DNA of 64,000 bases. It comes from Desulfatiglandales bacterium. GTDB taxonomy: Bacteria > Desulfobacterota > DSM-4660 > Desulfatiglandales > Desulfatiglandaceae. Location: the NCBI GenBank assembly GCA_963666345.1, contig OY762721.1, positions 3,872,001 through 3,936,000 on the forward strand, read 5' to 3'. A program made the translations under genes and the position numbers. A model generated the notes under the pieces. It saw only the letters and a list, made by a program, of their open reading frames with translations. It was not told the DNA's origin and did no database searches. Positions 60,420-64,000 of the stretch are shown piece by piece; within the stretch, counting starts at the first letter, position 1, and each line of letters opens with the position of its first letter.

Positions 60420-60998
60420 CTTGGCTCCCCTGTCTAATCATATGGTTTTTCCTGAAGGACTCGTAAAAGGCTCAATTGCGCCCCGCTTCAGCGAGAGGGC
60501 CTTTAGATTGCCTCCAAATTTTGACTCTTTACGAACGCATCTTTTTCCTCTTTCAAATTCGTTTAAAAACCTACTTTATGGATGAAGATAATTCAAGAAA
60601 GAAACCGCTATCAGATCGGAATGTCGAGCCGGTTGATACTTCCCGGAGACCTTCGAAGTCTGTAACGGCGCGGAAATCCGATATTTCGAGGGTAAGACGG
60701 TTTGCAAAAAGAGCATGAATTGAATAAAATCGATTCATCGTTTTGCATGCTTTGCCGTCTCTTTTTTGGGGGGGACATGGCCTTGCTTCGGTTTGTAGGA
60801 TGAATGGTCTGCCGCACCAGGGATATGGTCAGGGCCCGGTTTGCCGACCTGCGCGCCTATCTCCTTTCCATTGAAAAATAACGGTTTTGACCTGTCATAA
60901 ACCTGTCACTCTTCCAGTATTGTATTATGCCTACCCTTTTGATTATATTGACAGAAAGATATAAGACCATGATAATCCAACGATAGGGAGGTGAAAAA

Positions 60999-61186
60999 AT
61001 GCTGTGCAGCCTTTCCTGAAGGATCAGGACCTTGACGGAATCCGTTCCCTGGAAACTGAGATGGGGAAAACCGTCCTCGCCTTTTCATGTCATTCGGCGG
61101 CACCCGCAAAACTGGATGAGCCGGATCTTGCGAAAATCCAGGGTTTGGAAAATGATCCGGGATTGTCTCTGGTCGCGGTTGATTAG
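60999..61186 (+). pseudogene. Small hypothetical gene, frameshifted after MLCSLS
   Basis: GGGAGG RBS, ATG 60999 stops after 6 codons; an internally repeated body (LDGIRSLETEMG / LAKIQGLENDPG) continues in another frame. Confidence 0.35.
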
Positions 61187-61238
61187 ATATGAGCGGATCG
61201 GCGTGGGACCGCAGGCGGAACCGGCCTTATTCCACCGC

Positions 61239-63131
61239 TTACTGATGCCCTATGAGAGATATGGTTATGGTGCATCCGGGGCCGTCATTATTCCTGGCCG
61301 AGATGGAGCCTCCCATGGCGGTCACGAATTTTTTGACCAGTGAAAGACCTATACCTGTCCCGCTGGTGCTTCGCGTGAGCGGTCCTTCCACCCGGTAGAA
61401 ATCATCAAAGACCTTTTTCAGGGCATGCCTGGGGATACCGGGTCCTGTATCGGATACCCTTATCCTTATCCACTTTCCCTCGGGTCTCACCGATATGGTG
61501 ATCTCCTTTCGAGGGAGGGCCTTTCCGAATTTTACGCTGTTCTCGATAAGGTTGATAAGTATCTGTATCATTACCTCCCGGTCGTATCTGAAGCCTGGAA
61601 TATCCACCTCCTCCACATTGAGAGCAAAGCCTTCCTGCCTCAGCTTTTCCTGCATGATTTCCACGGTTTCCTTGATGACATCCGCAAGATTTCCTTCCCG
61701 CATGTCAAAGGAACGCTGTCTGTTTTCCAGCTTTGAAAACTCGAGTACATTGTCTATCAGGCGGGAGAGCCTGGCGCTTTCAGATCCCAGTATGCGGAAA
61801 TAACTCTGCTCTTTTTCAGGATCGGAAGCCATCTTCTGCTCAAGCATTTCCGCGTACATCCTTATATTGGTGAGTGGAGTTTTCACTTCATGGGTAACCG
61901 AGGAAACGAATCTCGTGCGCCTGTCGGCGAGATCCACCACGGCCCGGGCGCTTTTGTAGATCGCAAAAAGACCGATAAGCATTGTTACTGCAAGGGCGGT
62001 CAGCATTATATTGAGTGTCTGTCTGCCTTCGGATAAGGGGATCCGGTCACAGGCCAGCTCAGCCTGCAAAAAGGCAAAGGGCCTGGGAAAACCCCTGTTG
62101 AGAGAGTATCCGGGGCGTTTTGAGAATGCCCCTGTCTGAATGAATCTGACTTCCCTTTCCCTGTCCATGACCTTGAGGCGAAGTTGTGAAAAACGTGACA
62201 TAGGCTGGCTTGAAAAGTAGTTGTCCGCCAGGTGACTGAGAAGTCCATCTATCTTGATAACCAGGCCCTGACGGTAGATCTGGTTGTGAATCATTATCCG
62301 TCTGAAGAGAAGGACCCTTTCATCATCTATAAAGACGGACTGCATCGGATCGACTTCAACCCGAAGATCATTGGAGTGGAGTTCTTTTTCAGGCGATGAT
62401 TTCCGGTCGTCCTCTTGCGCAGGGCTTCGGCCAAGTAGATCTTCACGATAGAATTCAGCCTTTTCTGAAAGCATCATATCCCGGTTCTCGTCGACCGGTT
62501 TGCTCCGTACTCTTTTTGAAATGTTCAGGGCCTTTTTGGCGGGAACCTGCTCTATCCTTTTCTGTTCCTGCCCAAGGGTGTCCTTCTGTCTTTTCGATCT
62601 GGAAAAACTGAGATATCTGTCGGCAAAACCGGCCTGTTTATCGGTCCTTTCCTTATCCGGTGCCTTCTGTTGTTCAACAGCAGGGCTTTCCGCCTCTGAA
62701 GTCCGTTTGAGATTGAAGATCTCGTTTGTCTGTCTCAGCATTGAAAACAGATTGCTTCGATCCTCTGGTACGGCATCCTGGTTCTCTACCAGGGGGGTTT
62801 CAAAGGTGCCGTCCGGATTGTTCTGAAGGTATCCAAGAATATAAGGTTTATCCGGGATCTTCGATAAGGGCGACCTCGATATCCCTTCAAAACCGGGCAC
62901 CTGGTCCGACGGTATGTAATTGTAACGGTATTGATCTATGTCGCGTTTTTCTTCTCTAAGGACAAGGCCTTCCAGCTCCTTTTCCATTTCCCTGAACATG
63001 GCCTCTGCGAAGTAACGAAGCTGGCTGATTTCCTCATGCTGCAGACTTTGATATGTCCTCAATACAAGGTAGGAAAGAGGAATAGATAGCGCCAGGCAAA
63101 AGATGATAATAAGTAGTTTAAGCCTCTTCAC
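61239..63131 (-). CDS. Membrane sensor histidine kinase
   Basis: Two TM segments, THEVKTPL H-box, NLIENSVKF, DTGPGI, GTGIGL. Confidence 0.95.
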   Translation of the reverse strand: MKRLKLLIIIFCLALSIPLSYLVLRTYQSLQHEEISQLRYFAEAMFREMEKELEGLVLREEKRDIDQYRYNYIPSDQVPGFEGISRSPLSKIPDKPYILGYLQNNPDGTFETPLVENQDAVPEDRSNLFSMLRQTNEIFNLKRTSEAESPAVEQQKAPDKERTDKQAGFADRYLSFSRSKRQKDTLGQEQKRIEQVPAKKALNISKRVRSKPVDENRDMMLSEKAEFYREDLLGRSPAQEDDRKSSPEKELHSNDLRVEVDPMQSVFIDDERVLLFRRIMIHNQIYRQGLVIKIDGLLSHLADNYFSSQPMSRFSQLRLKVMDREREVRFIQTGAFSKRPGYSLNRGFPRPFAFLQAELACDRIPLSEGRQTLNIMLTALAVTMLIGLFAIYKSARAVVDLADRRTRFVSSVTHEVKTPLTNIRMYAEMLEQKMASDPEKEQSYFRILGSESARLSRLIDNVLEFSKLENRQRSFDMREGNLADVIKETVEIMQEKLRQEGFALNVEEVDIPGFRYDREVMIQILINLIENSVKFGKALPRKEITISVRPEGKWIRIRVSDTGPGIPRHALKKVFDDFYRVEGPLTRSTSGTGIGLSLVKKFVTAMGGSISARNNDGPGCTITISLIGHQ

Positions 63132-63829
63132 GGTTCAGGCTCCAGGCGGTATCCCTCACCGCGGATTGTTAGAATTATCGGATTATCCTTTTCGGCCAGG
63201 GAGGTGATTTTTTTTCGAAGTTTGATGATATGGATATCCACGGTTCTGGTTTCAACGGTAGTGTCGGCATAATGCCAGACTTCTTTCAGGAGTTCCTTTT
63301 TTGAGACGATTCTATCCTTGTTATGATACAGGTAAGCGATTATATCCATCTCCCGTCTGGTCAGTTCCCTGGAGCGATTCTTAAAGCTTGCCGTGAGAGT
63401 CTTTCCGTTGAAGAATATACCGAAATAGCTGATCTGTTCGTTTCCGAAAGATTTGCCGCTTCTCCTGAGAAGCGCTTCGATCCGTACAATCAGTTCTCTT
63501 AGCGAAAAGGGTTTGCTTATATAATCATCGGCTCCTGCCCTGAACCCTGTTACAATATCCTCCTCAGCCCCCTTGGCCGTCAGCATGATTATGCCCTGTC
63601 CCGGCATTTTCCTGCGCAGCTCCGAACATATTGAGAAGCCGTCAAGGCTGGGCAGCATCACATCAAGTAAGATCAGATCGAAGTGCTCTTTCAATGCCTT
63701 CTGAAGTCCTTTCTCACCGTCTTTTTCCCCAACGGCCCCGTATCCGTTAAACACAAGGACATCTAAAAGACCTTCCAGGATGGCAGGGTCATCCTCAACA
63801 ACAAGGATCATGGCTTTAGGATCTTTCAT
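63128..63829 (-). CDS. OmpR-family response regulator
   Basis: VVEDD, LLDVMLP, LTAK, DDYISKPF, RTVDIHI..LRKK, TIRGEGY. Confidence 0.95.
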   Translation of the reverse strand: MKDPKAMILVVEDDPAILEGLLDVLVFNGYGAVGEKDGEKGLQKALKEHFDLILLDVMLPSLDGFSICSELRRKMPGQGIIMLTAKGAEEDIVTGFRAGADDYISKPFSLRELIVRIEALLRRSGKSFGNEQISYFGIFFNGKTLTASFKNRSRELTRREMDIIAYLYHNKDRIVSKKELLKEVWHYADTTVETRTVDIHIIKLRKKITSLAEKDNPIILTIRGEGYRLEPEP

Positions 63830-64000
63830 GGAATCTCCTTTGATATTAAACAAAGAACGCTAGTTTGTGCCCATCCGGAAATTAAACCAAGGGTACTAAT
63901 AAGATTTCCGCACGGAAACTAGGTCAGTTTATAACAAACAAGGGAGGTTTAAAAGCAAAAGTTATGCAAAAAAATCCTGTTTCTTTTTACAATTCTTTGA

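Noticed and set aside
58834..60541. Hairpin CCCCGCTGC-GT-GCAGCGGGG (58834-58853) and inverted repeat TCGTAAAAG...CTTTACGA (60461-60534) as mobile elements
   Set aside because: Single short REP/MITE-like motifs with no transposase; cannot be supported from this window alone.
7267..63000. Numerous short antisense or alternative-frame ORFs in the track
   Set aside because: They lie within well-supported genes and show no recognisable motifs; treated as shadow ORFs.

Overview
64 kb of bacterial DNA whose gene content suggests an anaerobic deltaproteobacterium (Desulfobacterota-like; inference). Positions ~1-47.2 kb look like a composite integrative island. It opens with a tyrosine-integrase N-terminus (running off the left edge), an excisionase-like gene, XRE repressors and a rep gene, and closes with a phage-type replication module and a 3' fragment of tRNA-Ser(GCT) acting as an att site (47183-47243). 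Cargo 1 is a defence cluster (6.9-24.6 kb): SNF2 helicase, DUF4391, type III R-M mod/res, OLD nuclease, an orphan with a degenerate PLD-like domain, and a sacsin-like GHKL/DUF3883 nuclease. Cargo 2 is an IclR-controlled catabolic cluster of ~19 kb (26-45 kb) built on a glycine/betaine-reductase-like selenoenzyme with two UGA-Sec genes that the ORF track splits. This reductase is atypical: UxxSxxC motif, no pyruvoyl-forming Cys in the GrdE-like subunit, and no grdD. It is linked to a TAXI-TRAP transporter, MmsA/MmsB-like dehydrogenases, a divergent aconitase X, a split UxaA/SuyAB-like lyase and a LarA-like isomerase, and is the best candidate here for an undescribed system. Right of the att site lie an IS21 element that has decapitated the patatin-like effector of a short type II CBASS (CD-NTase plus stand-alone E2), an AAA/DUF4143 gene and a second copy of a Zn-ribbon microprotein. 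Ordinary-looking host genes occupy ~54-64 kb. All family assignments come from motif recognition by eye; no searches were run.
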